The notes: generated by a model from the sequence alone, not told the origin. 64,000 nt of DNA from Alphaproteobacteria bacterium (GCA_965205265.1 CBDBGH010000003.1:3712001-3776000), one strand, 5' to 3'. Shown: positions 1 to 9,902, counted from the stretch's first letter. Made by a program: numbers and translations.

Positions 1-1
1 G

Positions 2-373
2 TCAGGCGGCCTCGTCGGCCTCGTCGCCGCGCGCGGGGCGGGTATAAGCCCTGTCGCAATGCTCGGCGCAATAGGGCTTGCCCGGTTCCGCTTCCGCGCC
101 GCAGAAGCGGAAATCGTCCTCCTGCGGGTCCCCGAACGGCCAGTGGCAGACCGCCTTGCCGACCGCGGCCAGGCGCACGGGGCGCGGCGCCAGCGCCGGC
201 GGCGAGGCCGGCAGGCGGCGGATCGGCGAGGGGCGGGGGGCCAGGCCCGAGCGGTGTGCCTTGCCAACCACCGCATTCTTCGAGACGCCGAGGCGGCGGC
301 CGATCTCCGCCGTGCTGGCGCCCGTCGCCCAGAGTTTGCGCAACTCGGAAACCCGTTCCAACGTCCAGGTCAT
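2..373 (-). CDS. gcrA: GcrA family cell-cycle regulator (short form)
   Basis: MTWTLERVSELRKLWATGASTAEIGRRLGVSKNAVVGKAHR N-terminus and C-terminal CHWPFGDP..F.FCG...YC..H motif; alternative start at 412. Confidence 0.9.
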   Translation of the reverse strand: MTWTLERVSELRKLWATGASTAEIGRRLGVSKNAVVGKAHRSGLAPRPSPIRRLPASPPALAPRPVRLAAVGKAVCHWPFGDPQEDDFRFCGAEAEPGKPYCAEHCDRAYTRPARGDEADEAA

Positions 374-602
374 CTGTTCCGTCCCGACACTGCGATCGAT
401 AGTGGTCATCATGCCGACACATACTATATCCTGTAATTCCGCGCAAGCCTTTCCGCGCTTGTAGTTGAGTGTCGGCAGGGGGTGCCGGCGGTTTCGGGCT
501 GGCGTTTTCTCCCGGAAGCCGCTATATTGCGCAGACGGTTTCGACGGCGGGCTGCGAAGAGGACGCGGCTCGCTGTGGGGCGACGATGGAGCTTCGAGGG
601 TC

Positions 603-1418
603 ATGTCGGGCCATTGGTCTCCGGAAGAGCTGCCGTGGGAGGCGTTCGATCCCGAGCGGGTCGATCCGGGCCTCGTCCCGCTCGTCAAGGCGGCCAGCAT
701 GGTCGAGTCCAACGGACGCGACTATGCGGCCTATCTGAACCGCGTGTTCGCGGACGACGGGCAGGTCTGCGACATGATGAACGGCTGGGCGCATGAGGAA
801 GTCCAGCACGGAGAGGTGCTGGGCCGCTGGGCGAAGCTGGCCGATCCCGGCTTCGACTACGAGGCCGCGCTGGCGCGGTTCCGGGCCGGCTATTCCATAC
901 AGGTGGACGTCGATGCCTCGATCCGGGGTTCGCGGACGGGCGAGCTGATCGCGCGCTGCATGGTCGAGGTCGGCACCTCCTCCTTCTACTCGGCGCTCGC
1001 GGACCGGACGGACGAGCCGCTGCTCAAGGCGATCTGCAAGCGCATCGCGGCGGACGAGCTTCGCCACTACGCGCTCTTCTACCGGACGATGAAGCGCTAC
1101 CTGGATACCGAGCGCCTGAACAGGCTCGAACGCATCCGCATCGCCTTCCTGCGCGTCATGGAGACGGAGGACGACGAACTCGCCTATGCCTGGTTCGCCG
1201 CCAATGACGCGCGCGGGCGCAGTTACGACCGCAGGGAAGCCAACCGCGCCTATATGCGGGAGAGCTACGCCCTCTACCGGCCGCACCATGCCCGGCGGGG
1301 CATGACGATGATCTTCAAGGCGGTCGGGCTGAAGCCCACCGGCCGGCTCTCGCGGGCGATGAGCGCGCTTGCGATAACTCTGATAAGCTTCCGCGCCCGG
1401 TGGTTGGCCCTCGCCTGA
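603..1418 (+). CDS. Ferritin-like di-iron protein (acyl-ACP desaturase/rubrerythrin-like)
   Basis: Two ExxH motifs (EEVQH, DELRH); ATG at 603 within ORF 465..1418. Confidence 0.8.
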   Translation: MSGHWSPEELPWEAFDPERVDPGLVPLVKAASMVESNGRDYAAYLNRVFADDGQVCDMMNGWAHEEVQHGEVLGRWAKLADPGFDYEAALARFRAGYSIQVDVDASIRGSRTGELIARCMVEVGTSSFYSALADRTDEPLLKAICKRIAADELRHYALFYRTMKRYLDTERLNRLERIRIAFLRVMETEDDELAYAWFAANDARGRSYDRREANRAYMRESYALYRPHHARRGMTMIFKAVGLKPTGRLSRAMSALAITLISFRARWLALA

Positions 1419-1456
1419 CCGCCTGCCCGTTTCCCTTGCCGGAAGGACCGCGCCCC

Positions 1457-2413
1457 ATGTCCGATCTGCCGAAGTCCGTGTCGATTTCCGAGGAAGGCCC
1501 GCGCGAGGGCTTCCAGATCGAGCCCGGCCCGATCCCCGCGGCCCGCAAGATCGAGCTGATCGACGCGCTCTCCGAAACCGGCCTGAAACGCATCCAGGTC
1601 GCCTCCTTCGTCAGCCCGAAGCGGGTGCCCGGCTGGGCGGATGCCGACGAGGTGGTGGAAGGCTTCCGGCGCGAGCCGGGCGTCGCCTATTCGGTGCTGT
1701 GGCTGAACGAGCAGGGCCTCGACCGGGCGCTCGGCAAGGAGGGCATCGAGATGCAGGGCTCGATCTCGACTTCCGCCTCCGAGACCTTCATGGGCAAGAA
1801 CACCAACCGCGGCTACGAGCGCAACCGCGAGGTGCAGAAGAACCAGATCGACACCTATCTCGCCCACGGCATGCCGGTCAGGAAGGCGTCTGTCATGGCC
1901 GCCTTCGGCTGCAATTTCGAGGGCGAGGTTCCGGTCTCGAAGGTGCTGGAGGCGGTCCGCGACCTGATGGAAATCGCGGCGGAGAAGGGCGTCGAGATCG
2001 GGACGCTCTCGCTCGCCGACACGATGGGCTGGGCGCAGCCGGCCTCGATCGGGGCGGTGGTGGGCGCGGTGCGCGAGGAATGGCCGGACCAGGAGATCGC
2101 GCTGCATCTCCACGACACGCGCGGCATGGGCATCGCCAACGCCTATGCCGGGCTGGAGATGGGGGTGACGAAGTTCGACAGCTCCGTCGCCGGCCTCGGC
2201 GGCTGCCCCTTCGCCGCGCACAAGGGGGCTGCCGGCAATGTCTGCACGGAGGACCTCGTCTTCCTCTGCGAGGAGATGGGCATCGACACGGGCGTGGACC
2301 TCGACGCGCTGATCGAATGCGCGCGGCTCGCCGAGGACATTGTCGGCCACCCGCTGCCCGGCTCCGTCATGCATGGCGGCTCGCTCTCCCGCTTCCGCGA
2401 GGCCCGCGGCTGA
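1457..2413 (+). CDS. Hydroxymethylglutaryl-CoA lyase family protein
   Basis: EEGPREG.Q, SFVSPK.VP, LHLHDTRG and GLGGCPFA motifs. Confidence 0.9.
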   Translation: MSDLPKSVSISEEGPREGFQIEPGPIPAARKIELIDALSETGLKRIQVASFVSPKRVPGWADADEVVEGFRREPGVAYSVLWLNEQGLDRALGKEGIEMQGSISTSASETFMGKNTNRGYERNREVQKNQIDTYLAHGMPVRKASVMAAFGCNFEGEVPVSKVLEAVRDLMEIAAEKGVEIGTLSLADTMGWAQPASIGAVVGAVREEWPDQEIALHLHDTRGMGIANAYAGLEMGVTKFDSSVAGLGGCPFAAHKGAAGNVCTEDLVFLCEEMGIDTGVDLDALIECARLAEDIVGHPLPGSVMHGGSLSRFREARG

Positions 2414-2443
2414 CGGCGGGCCGCCGGACCGGAGGGCCCCGGA

Positions 2444-3226
2444 TTGGACCATATCGAGCGGGTCGAGGAGGCGTTCACCCGGCAGGCGGAGACCTTCGAC
2501 GCCTATGCCGCGAAGGCCGGCGGCGACACGGTCACGGCGATGATCTGCGAAGCGCTCGGCGCGGCCGGCGCAGGCCGGGTCCTCGATGTGGCCTGCGGGC
2601 CGGGCGCCGTGACCGCCGCACTCGCCGTCCGGGCGCGGGAGGCCGTCGGGCTCGACGCCGTGCCGGCGATGCTGGAACAGGCGCGCAGGCGCGCGGAGGA
2701 AGCAGGCCTTTCCAATCTGCGGTTCGAGCAGGGCAGGGCCGAGGCGCTGCCCTTCGATACGGCGTCCTTCGATGCGGTCGTGACCCGGATAGCCCTGCAT
2801 CACTGCGTGGACCCGGCCCTTGTGCTGGCCGAGATGTTCCGCGTGCTGCGGCCCGGCGGCAGGGCCGTGATCGTCGATGTTGTCGTGTCCGAGGATGCGG
2901 AGAAGGCCCGGCTGCAGAATGCGCTCGAGATCGTCCGCGACCCCTCGCATGTCCGCATGCTGCCGCTCAGCGAACTGAAGGCGTCCGTCGAAGGATGCGG
3001 CTTCCGGATCGACTCCGAAGCCGTCTGGGATGCGCCGCGGGAATTCGAGCAGTGGATGGGCATCGTCAACGACCCGCAGCGCGCGAGGCCGTTGCGCGTG
3101 ATTGCGCGCGCGCTCGCCGAGGAAGGCCGCGACGCCGGGATGGGGCTCGCGATCCGCGGCGGCGAAATCGTCTTCTTCCATCGCTGGGCCCTCATCGCGG
3201 CGGACAAGCCGGCGCCGCTCCGCTAA
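2444..3226 (+). CDS. Class I SAM-dependent methyltransferase
   Basis: VLDVACGPG motif I and AEALPF..ASFDAV; TTG start. Confidence 0.85.
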   Translation: MDHIERVEEAFTRQAETFDAYAAKAGGDTVTAMICEALGAAGAGRVLDVACGPGAVTAALAVRAREAVGLDAVPAMLEQARRRAEEAGLSNLRFEQGRAEALPFDTASFDAVVTRIALHHCVDPALVLAEMFRVLRPGGRAVIVDVVVSEDAEKARLQNALEIVRDPSHVRMLPLSELKASVEGCGFRIDSEAVWDAPREFEQWMGIVNDPQRARPLRVIARALAEEGRDAGMGLAIRGGEIVFFHRWALIAADKPAPLR

Positions 3227-3294
3227 ACCGCCCTCGGGCCTTATAGTCGAAGCCCGAACTCGCAAACGTCCCCGATCCGGGAGGAACCGACCCC

Positions 3295-3876
3295 ATGACC
3301 GCGCCCATCGACGCCCACAAGGTCCTGATGACCGGCGAGAACTCCTTCATCCGCATGAGCCATGACGGCGGCGGAACGATGTCCGACCGCACCAGCCACT
3401 GGCGCGTGCTCTGGTGCCCCGCCGGCGCCGGCCATGCGCTCTTCATGCAGGGGGAACTGACCGGCGGCGAGGTCCGCATCTACAGCGACGACATCGCCGT
3501 TGCCCGCTGGCTGCAGCGCACCATCGAGACCCTGCTGCATCCGCCCTTCGCCGACGAGTCGGTGCCGGTGCTGCCGGCGGTCTTCACCCGCGAGGGCGAC
3601 CCGCGCGCGGCCACGGTGGAGACGGTCGAGTCGGACGAGGACATCGTCCGCATGACCTGGTACGACGCGCTGGAGCCCTTCATCCTGAACGGGCCGCCCG
3701 GCACCGCCGGCCGGCCGCTCGGCGTGCTCTCGACCTTCATCCCCCACGCCTCGGCCCAGCTTTCGCTGAACGGCCGCATCGCGGCCGGCGCGCCCTGGCT
3801 CGAAAAGCGCGGCGAGCACCAGTCCTCGAGCGCCGTGCTCGCCTGGTCCGAGTCCTGGCTCCAGCCGCGGGAGTAA
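3295..3876 (+). CDS. Hypothetical protein
   Basis: GGAGG RBS, host-like codon usage, 193 aa. Confidence 0.7.
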   Translation: MTAPIDAHKVLMTGENSFIRMSHDGGGTMSDRTSHWRVLWCPAGAGHALFMQGELTGGEVRIYSDDIAVARWLQRTIETLLHPPFADESVPVLPAVFTREGDPRAATVETVESDEDIVRMTWYDALEPFILNGPPGTAGRPLGVLSTFIPHASAQLSLNGRIAAGAPWLEKRGEHQSSSAVLAWSESWLQPRE

Positions 3877-3916
3877 CGCGGCAGGGGCGAAACGGCCTGC
3901 GCCGGGGAGACAGGGA

Positions 3917-4321
3917 ATGCCGGCCTTTTCCTTCGCGCTGGAAGACACTGCGGAATTCGTCCGCAATAACCCGGACGACCTCGACGGCATCTACCGCAAG
4001 ATCGTCCATGAGGTCCCGAGGTTCCTCATGGCCGTCGAGCCGGCGCGGCGGGCGGCGGTGCTCGAAGCGGCGCCGTCGCTGACCGGGACGCGGTGGGATG
4101 CGCTGCTCGCCGGCCTCGCGGAGCATCTGGCGGGGCTGCACGGGCTGGAAGTGCCGGCCTGGTGCGACGAGCCGGAGCGGTTCGTCGATCCGCCCTGGGT
4201 CGCGGTTGCGGCCGTCGGCAGCCGCGCCGTGGTCCGGGCGCCGGCGGCCTTCCTGCGCCACGGCGCCCTGCCGGACCCCATGGATCTGGATGCGCGCGGC
4301 GGCGAGCCGGAGCCCTGGTAG
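3917..4321 (+). CDS. Putative antitoxin partner of the downstream nucleotidyltransferase
   Basis: P.LTG.RWDALLAGLAEHLA...PAW...PERF..PW...PAAF.RHG pattern, recalled from proteins encoded upstream of DUF6036-type NTases. Confidence 0.6.
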   Translation: MPAFSFALEDTAEFVRNNPDDLDGIYRKIVHEVPRFLMAVEPARRAAVLEAAPSLTGTRWDALLAGLAEHLAGLHGLEVPAWCDEPERFVDPPWVAVAAVGSRAVVRAPAAFLRHGALPDPMDLDARGGEPEPW

Positions 4322-4329
4322 GCGCGTCC

Positions 4330-4896
4330 ATGCCGGAGTTCGGACGCGCGGAAATCCGGGACGCTCTCGACGAGTTGTCGGAGGCGCTCGCGCGGGACCG
4401 GCGGCGGGCCCATATCCACATGGTGGGCGGCGGCGCCATGATCATGCTCTACGGGCGGCGCACCCTCACCGGCGATATCGATGTTGCCATCGCCGAGGGG
4501 CACGGGCCGGTGCTCGACGCCGTCCGCAGGATCGCCGCGCGCCGCGGCTGGCCCACGACCTGGTTGAACGAACAGGCGGCGATGTACCGGCCGCAAGCCC
4601 CCGACCCTGCGCCTCGGCCGCTCTATTCATCGCCGTCCCTTGTCGTCATGGGGGCGTCGCCCGAATACATGCTTGCGATGAAGCTCCAGGCCGCCCGCGG
4701 CGCGGATGCCGGGGACTTGCGTCTGCTGCTGGACGAGTGCGGCGTCCCGGCCCCGGAGGACGCTTTGGCCATTCACGACAAGCTATTTCCCGACAGGCCG
4801 GCGGGCGACAGGCAGCGGCGTTTCCTCGCCATGGTCCTGGCGGCGGGCGAGGCGGACCCGAAGAAAGGCCCTGCCGATACGCCGCCGGACGGCTGA
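4330..4896 (+). CDS. Nucleotidyltransferase (DUF6036/AbiEii-like), putative toxin
   Basis: VGGGAM...T.DID NTase motif, WLN, and YMLAMKLQAAR..D..D. Confidence 0.75.
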   Translation: MPEFGRAEIRDALDELSEALARDRRRAHIHMVGGGAMIMLYGRRTLTGDIDVAIAEGHGPVLDAVRRIAARRGWPTTWLNEQAAMYRPQAPDPAPRPLYSSPSLVVMGASPEYMLAMKLQAARGADAGDLRLLLDECGVPAPEDALAIHDKLFPDRPAGDRQRRFLAMVLAAGEADPKKGPADTPPDG

Positions 4897-4917
4897 CCGC
4901 CGCCGCCCGCCGCCCCG

Positions 4918-6135
4918 CTATCCGAGCGCCGTCCGGGCGCCGGTCTCGAACTCGATCGCGGCCAGGTCGTCGCCGGCGATGGCGCGCTCGAAGGCGGCGA
5001 GGCGCTTGTAGATCGACATCAGCTCCACGATGGTCGTCCAGCTGTTGACCAGGAACTGGAACGAGTTCTCCACCCGGCCGAAGGCGCGGACGATCTGCTG
5101 CATCACGCCGAGCGTGAAGCCGGCCGAGACGATGGTCGGCCCGAGCGCGACATAGGGCAGCATCACGCCGGCCTGCAGATAGCCGTAGCGCACGATGTTG
5201 AAATAGAGGTAGTTGAGGTAGAGGCGGAAATAGTTGCGCCGGACATTGGCGAACAGCTCGCCCAGCGTCGGCGGTTCGGCCCGGTCCTCCCGGTCCTCGC
5301 CCATGACGAGCTCCTTGCGGAAGGCGGCCTCGACCCTCTGGTTGCGGAACTCGAGCCCCGGCAGCCGGTAGCCGGCGAGCGCCAGGATGCCGGTGCCGAA
5401 CACTGACCAGAACAGCGCCACCCAGACCAGCGCCTGGCCGATCTCGCCGAAGACGGGGATCTCCTTGATGTGGGTCGAAAGCGCCCAGAGGATCGGCAGG
5501 AAGGCGATCAGGGTCATCACCGCGTCGATGAAGCGCACGCCGAGCGACTCCATGATGCCGGCGAAGCGCATGGCGTCTTCCTGCACGCGCTGCGAGGCGC
5601 CCTCGATATGCCGCACCTGCCCCCAGAGCCGGACATAGCGGTCGTTCATCGCGGTGCGCCAGCGGAACACGAAATGGCTGGTGAAGAAGTGGTTGAGCAC
5701 GGCGGTGGTGATGAACACCATGGCGATGGCGAGGAAGGTGGCGAGCTGGCCGTAATAGTCCTCCGGCGTGACGGCGCCCGGCTCCGCCAGCGCCTTCTGG
5801 ATGATGTCGTAGAAGGTCCGGAACCATTCGTTGATCATCACGTCGAGCTGCACCTGGAACCAGGTGACGAAGACGATCAGCGCCGAGCCCGCCACCGACC
5901 AGCGCGACCAGGGGTGCGGGCGGAACCGCATCCAGAAGAGCGCGAAGGCGGCGTAGGCGAGGAAGGAGTAGAGATAGAGCCAGACGGTGCGCTCTGCGAT
6001 GCCGAACAGCCCCGAAAGCCCGCTCGGGTCGCCCCAGTCGGAGGCGGCGAAATACCAGAAGAGCAGCGCGGCGAACGCCCACGCCACCGCCGAGATGCCG
6101 AACGCGCGCGGGCTCGGGAAGAAACAGCCGAACAT
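4918..6135 (-). CDS. sbmA: Peptide antibiotic transporter SbmA/BacA
   Basis: SHFVFRWRTAMN, RHIEGASQRVQED, LPGLEFRNQRVEAA.RKELV and SFQFLVNSWTTIVELMSIYKRL. Confidence 0.93.
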   Translation of the reverse strand: MFGCFFPSPRAFGISAVAWAFAALLFWYFAASDWGDPSGLSGLFGIAERTVWLYLYSFLAYAAFALFWMRFRPHPWSRWSVAGSALIVFVTWFQVQLDVMINEWFRTFYDIIQKALAEPGAVTPEDYYGQLATFLAIAMVFITTAVLNHFFTSHFVFRWRTAMNDRYVRLWGQVRHIEGASQRVQEDAMRFAGIMESLGVRFIDAVMTLIAFLPILWALSTHIKEIPVFGEIGQALVWVALFWSVFGTGILALAGYRLPGLEFRNQRVEAAFRKELVMGEDREDRAEPPTLGELFANVRRNYFRLYLNYLYFNIVRYGYLQAGVMLPYVALGPTIVSAGFTLGVMQQIVRAFGRVENSFQFLVNSWTTIVELMSIYKRLAAFERAIAGDDLAAIEFETGARTALG

Positions 6136-6277
6136 GGGAACTCCCTTGTTTCCGGGCAGCCGGCCCCGGCGGGCGCGGGAGCGCCCCGGTCCGGCGGCGG
6201 GAACGGACCCGGCGGCTATAGCAAATTCGGCGCGCGGGCGGACCCATGCGCAGCGATGGAATGGCGTAGAGCGGAAA

Positions 6278-6312
6278 GTGTAGCTTGACGCTATACACCC
6301 ACTATGGATACT
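6278..6312 (+). promoter_or_regulatory. Putative higBA promoter with overlapping palindromic operator
   Basis: TTGACG (6285-6290) ... GATACT (6307-6312); imperfect inverted repeat GTGTAGC/GCTATAC around the -35. Confidence 0.45.
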
Positions 6313-6319
6313 ACCGGGC

Positions 6320-6610
6320 ATGAAGATCGGGAATGTGGTCCACAGGGGGCTACGCCGGCTCATCCAGCACGACGACTCCGCCGGCGTGCAGCCTGCCGTC
6401 GCGCCGAAACTTCGGCGGATGGTATCCTTCCTCCAGGACATGGAACGGGAGGAAGAACTGCGGACGGTGCCGGGTTGGCGGGCGCACCGGTTGGCCGGCG
6501 ACCGCAAGGGGGTCTGGAGCCTGTCGGTCACCGGGAACTGGCGGCTTACATTCCGCATCGACCGGGAAACGGGCGAAATCGTCGATCTCGACTATGAGGA
6601 TTACCATTGA
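6320..6610 (+). CDS. higB: HigB/RelE-family toxin
   Basis: H.L.GDRKG.WS.SV.GNWRLTF...D.DY.DYH signature. Confidence 0.9.
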   Translation: MKIGNVVHRGLRRLIQHDDSAGVQPAVAPKLRRMVSFLQDMEREEELRTVPGWRAHRLAGDRKGVWSLSVTGNWRLTFRIDRETGEIVDLDYEDYH

Positions 6611-6627
6611 GAGGCAGGGAGGCGGAT

Positions 6628-6930
6628 ATGGCTGAAGCTCAGGGCATCCGCATGAAGAATCCCGTCCACCCCGGCGGGTTCGTGAAGAGCGAGGTTATCG
6701 AGCCCCTGGAGCTCTCGGTGACGGGAGCGGCCAGGGCGCTCGGCGTGACGCGGGCCGCGCTGTCCGCCGTGCTGAATGAGCGCGCGCGCCTGTCGCCGGA
6801 AATGGCGCTGCGCATCGAAAAGGCGTTCGGCGTGTCGATGGACACGCTCATGCGGATGCAGAACAGCTACGATATCGCCCGGACCCGCATGAGGGCGGAA
6901 GAGATCGAGGTTGCGCTTTTCGAGGGTTAG
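6628..6930 (+). CDS. higA: HigA antitoxin (HTH)
   Basis: MKNPVHPG...A.ALGVTR..LS..LN....LSPEMALRIEKAFG. Confidence 0.92.
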   Translation: MAEAQGIRMKNPVHPGGFVKSEVIEPLELSVTGAARALGVTRAALSAVLNERARLSPEMALRIEKAFGVSMDTLMRMQNSYDIARTRMRAEEIEVALFEG

Positions 6931-7070
6931 CGCGCCGTCCCGTCCTGTTGCGGTCGGATACCGCGCCGGACAGACTGCCCCCCCGGCCGGCAGGGGCTGC
7001 GTGGAGTAGGCTGGAACTGCTGCCGAACCCCGTTGCCCCCGCAGCGGGGCGGCGGCAGGTGGAGTGCGCG

Positions 7071-7202
7071 ATGTCAGAGATCGCATTCGAGGTCAGCGGA
7101 GACGAACTGGACGGCGGCTGGTTGGCAAGCGCGCTGGATTTCGGCATCCACACCGAGGGCGAGACCCTGGTCGATCTTCACCGCATAGGTGAGGGCTGTT
7201 GA
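7071..7202 (+). pseudogene. Truncated HicB-like antitoxin fragment
   Basis: MSEIAFEV..DE.DGG..ASAL..GIHTEGETL..L, ending after 43 aa just where GC content drops. Confidence 0.55.
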
Positions 7203-7277
7203 CAACAGGTCATTAAACGCTACCTTTCTCTGTAGAATTACTATACGTGGTATCCGACTTCGAAGGTGGGACCTATC

Positions 7278-7778
7278 ATGGCGTATCGAAATAAAGTGTT
7301 TGTCTCATTTGATGGAGACAATGATATACATTATTATCGCTTAATGACAGCGTGGAAGCAGAATGATAACACAAGATTCAATTTTCATGATGCTCACGAT
7401 TTAAATACAGCATTGGATTCGAGCAGAGAAGACACAATCAAAAGGAGGCTTTCAGAACGCCTCCAAAATACCAAAGTATTGGTATCTTTGATAGGATCCA
7501 GAACACGATACCTGTATAAATTTGTTAGATGGGAGCTTGAGCAAGCTATCATAAAAGACATTCCCATCATTGGAGTAAATTTAAATGGATTGAGACGTCA
7601 AGACTTAGATCGTTGCCCTCCAATTATTAGAAATAATCTAGTTGTTTATGTTAGTTTTAACAGTGCAATTCTTCAGTTTTCTTTAGAAAATTGGCCTAAG
7701 GAATATCATCGCATAAAGGCTAAGGAAATAGGAGCTCGTCATTATAGTGATAATATCTACCGATCTTTAGGCTTATAA
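7278..7778 (+). CDS. thsB: Thoeris ThsB TIR-domain protein
   Basis: MAYRNKVFVSFDGDND...F.F.DAHD...IKRRL.ER....K..V.LIG..T....FVRWE (catalytic Glu); AT-rich. Confidence 0.88.
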   Translation: MAYRNKVFVSFDGDNDIHYYRLMTAWKQNDNTRFNFHDAHDLNTALDSSREDTIKRRLSERLQNTKVLVSLIGSRTRYLYKFVRWELEQAIIKDIPIIGVNLNGLRRQDLDRCPPIIRNNLVVYVSFNSAILQFSLENWPKEYHRIKAKEIGARHYSDNIYRSLGL

Positions 7779-7780
7779 AG

Positions 7781-8752
7781 ATGATTTCACGTCTGAAGGC
7801 ACAATTGAAACTTATTCTCTACTCATGGAAAAAATTTCTATCTAGACTTTGGAAAGCAATTGTACTTTGTGTAGGACATTTATTTCTATTTTATAAAGTC
7901 GTCGAACTGTTAGACAAGGATGTCGCTGCCATAGTAAACCAATTTGTAAGCAACATTCTTGTGTTAACATTGTTCACTATTATCTTGATTATTTGGTCAC
8001 TTCCTCGCCTTTCTTTCAACTCAAGAATCGATGGGCAGGATACTAAAATTGAGATTCGGATTTGCGACATACTGGAGCAATCGGGGCCGATTGTGGTCAG
8101 CTATACTACAACATTCGATACCGATACGAATGAAAATGTTATCTCGCCCAAAAGCTTACAGGGGAAATTTCAGGAACACTTTTTTAATAGCAAAGAATGT
8201 TTAGATGAAGCGATAGAATCATCGCTTGCCGATGTTGATTATGAGCAGCTGAATTGTCAAGAAAAGCCATATGGAAAAGGAAAAAGATATCCCATAGGCA
8301 CTGTTGCATCAGTAAGAAAAAAAGATGGACAACAAGCCCATTTAGTTGCTATAGCTAATTTAAATAAGAACAAGATTGCTAAATCTGAAGACGATGATGT
8401 GTTGGACTGTTTGCCTAAACTATGGAATTCTATTCGTGAAGATCCAAGTTTATCAACTGAAAATCCACTTTATGTGCCATTGATTGGAACTGGATTAGCT
8501 CGCACAACGCTCAGGCGAGAGCAAATTGTTAGGGAAATAGCAAAATCTTTTGTTGTTGCAACATTCGAAGGGCGATTTTGTGAGCATTTAGTCATTGTGA
8601 TATTTCCCGATGATGCTATTAGAAATAATGTTGATTTTGCTAACCTGGAGAGATATCTGGAGCATTTGTGTGCTTATCCAAAGGACGTTCATCCAAAAAT
8701 GGACGATGGACGGCCGAATTTAAACAGTCGTCCTGCAGAGCCAATACTATAG
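7781..8752 (+). CDS. thsA: Thoeris type II ThsA (two TM helices plus macro domain)
   Basis: Two N-terminal hydrophobic segments, then FDT....VIS..SLQGKF, YPIGTVA and VPLIGTGL.R macro-like motifs; 2 bp after thsB. Confidence 0.85.
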   Translation: MISRLKAQLKLILYSWKKFLSRLWKAIVLCVGHLFLFYKVVELLDKDVAAIVNQFVSNILVLTLFTIILIIWSLPRLSFNSRIDGQDTKIEIRICDILEQSGPIVVSYTTTFDTDTNENVISPKSLQGKFQEHFFNSKECLDEAIESSLADVDYEQLNCQEKPYGKGKRYPIGTVASVRKKDGQQAHLVAIANLNKNKIAKSEDDDVLDCLPKLWNSIREDPSLSTENPLYVPLIGTGLARTTLRREQIVREIAKSFVVATFEGRFCEHLVIVIFPDDAIRNNVDFANLERYLEHLCAYPKDVHPKMDDGRPNLNSRPAEPIL

Positions 8753-8858
8753 ACTGTCCAGTTTAAAGATTTCTGCGGAGAGGCATATACAGAATGGCGT
8801 AGTGTCCTTATCGAAAATTTCATTAGCTGCCTAGGATGCATGTGCAGCGAGAGAAGCA

Positions 8859-8883
8859 GATGGCCGGAACAAGTCCGGTCATG
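8859..8883. repeat. Half copy of an alphaproteobacterial REP-like palindrome
   Basis: GATGGCCGGAACAAGTCCGGTCATG hairpin resembling the common GATGGCCGGG.CAAGCCCGGCCATG repeat. Confidence 0.45.
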
Positions 8884-9153
8884 GCGGCATGGTAGTCGAG
8901 CTGAAGAAGCTCCATACTCCAATCGAAATCATAAGAACTTTGAAGCTAGGACGCTACACTGCAACGCGCTTCATCGAAATCCCGGTTCGCTCGCTGACTG
9001 GCCGGGACAGGGCCTGAGGCGTGACGCTGGGGCCTTTGGCAGCCCCGGTCATGCTCAGGCCGGACGGAGCGTATGCGGTGCGAGCGCCCCACCTTCATAC
9101 AGGCCTGGTGATGTGGGAGTTAGGGTTCGGAATGAGACGAAGGGAATTTCTCA

Positions 9154-9552
9154 TTGGAGCCCTCAGCAGAGCTTCTCACCAACGCCAGGGTTGAAGTGTT
9201 GCCGGCGCGTGGCGGCTTTCGCCGTCGCTGGCCGGCTTCGGTGAAAGCGCGGATTGTTGCCGAGACACTGGAGGAAGGCGCGACGGTCGCCGGGGTAGCG
9301 CGTCGCTACGAGATCAACTCGAACCAGCTGTCGGAATGGCGCCGCCAGGCACGGAAGGGCCTTCTGGTGTTGCCTGCGGAGGGCGAGATGGGTTTTGCTC
9401 CGGTGGTCTTGCGTCAGGATGAGCGCCGGGTTCCCGCTGCGGGCAGCGACCGCCTGGAAGTGATCCAGGACCGGGTGACGCTCCGTCTGGACGCCGCGAC
9501 ACCGGCTTGCCGGATCGCCGAGATCGTGTCGGCGTTGAACGCATCGGTATGA
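9154..9552 (+). CDS. tnpA: IS66 accessory protein TnpA (HTH)
   Basis: RRRW....KARIVAETL..GA.VA.VARRY. Confidence 0.88.
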   Translation: MEPSAELLTNARVEVLPARGGFRRRWPASVKARIVAETLEEGATVAGVARRYEINSNQLSEWRRQARKGLLVLPAEGEMGFAPVVLRQDERRVPAAGSDRLEVIQDRVTLRLDAATPACRIAEIVSALNASV

Positions 9553-9902
9553 TCTTCCCATCGAACCGGGTCCGGATCGTGGTTGCGACGAAGCCCGTGG
9601 ACTTCAGGAAGCAGCACGACGGCCTTGTTGCGCATGTGAAGAGCGTATTGCGCAAGGACCCGTTCACGGGAACGGTCTTCGCGTTCCGTACGAAACGAGC
9701 TGACAGGCTGAAGCTGATCTACTGGGACGGGACCGGCCTGGTGATGGTCTACAAGCGTCTGGAGGACCAGGGCTTTGTCTGGCCGGCGATCCGCGACGGG
9801 GTGATGTCGCTGAGCCATGCGCAGTTCGAGGCGCTGTTCTCCGGGCTGGACTGGCGCCGTGTGCGAGCGCTGTCGGCACGGCGCCCGGCTGAGGCCGAAT
9901 GA
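9549..9902 (+). CDS. tnpB: IS66 accessory protein TnpB
   Basis: PVDFRK..DGL...DPF.G..F.FR.KR.DRLKL..WDGTG....YKRLE. Confidence 0.92.
   Translation: MIFPSNRVRIVVATKPVDFRKQHDGLVAHVKSVLRKDPFTGTVFAFRTKRADRLKLIYWDGTGLVMVYKRLEDQGFVWPAIRDGVMSLSHAQFEALFSGLDWRRVRALSARRPAEAE

Noticed and set aside
8775-8783. GCGGAGAGG as a duplicated tRNA-Ser 3' end (att site)
   Set aside because: Only 9 bp, lacks the CCA-side bases, and is expected by chance in GC-rich DNA.
8813-8828. GAAAATTTCATTAGCT as a third copy of the 17-bp repeat
   Set aside because: Needs a gap and several mismatches in an AT-rich context.
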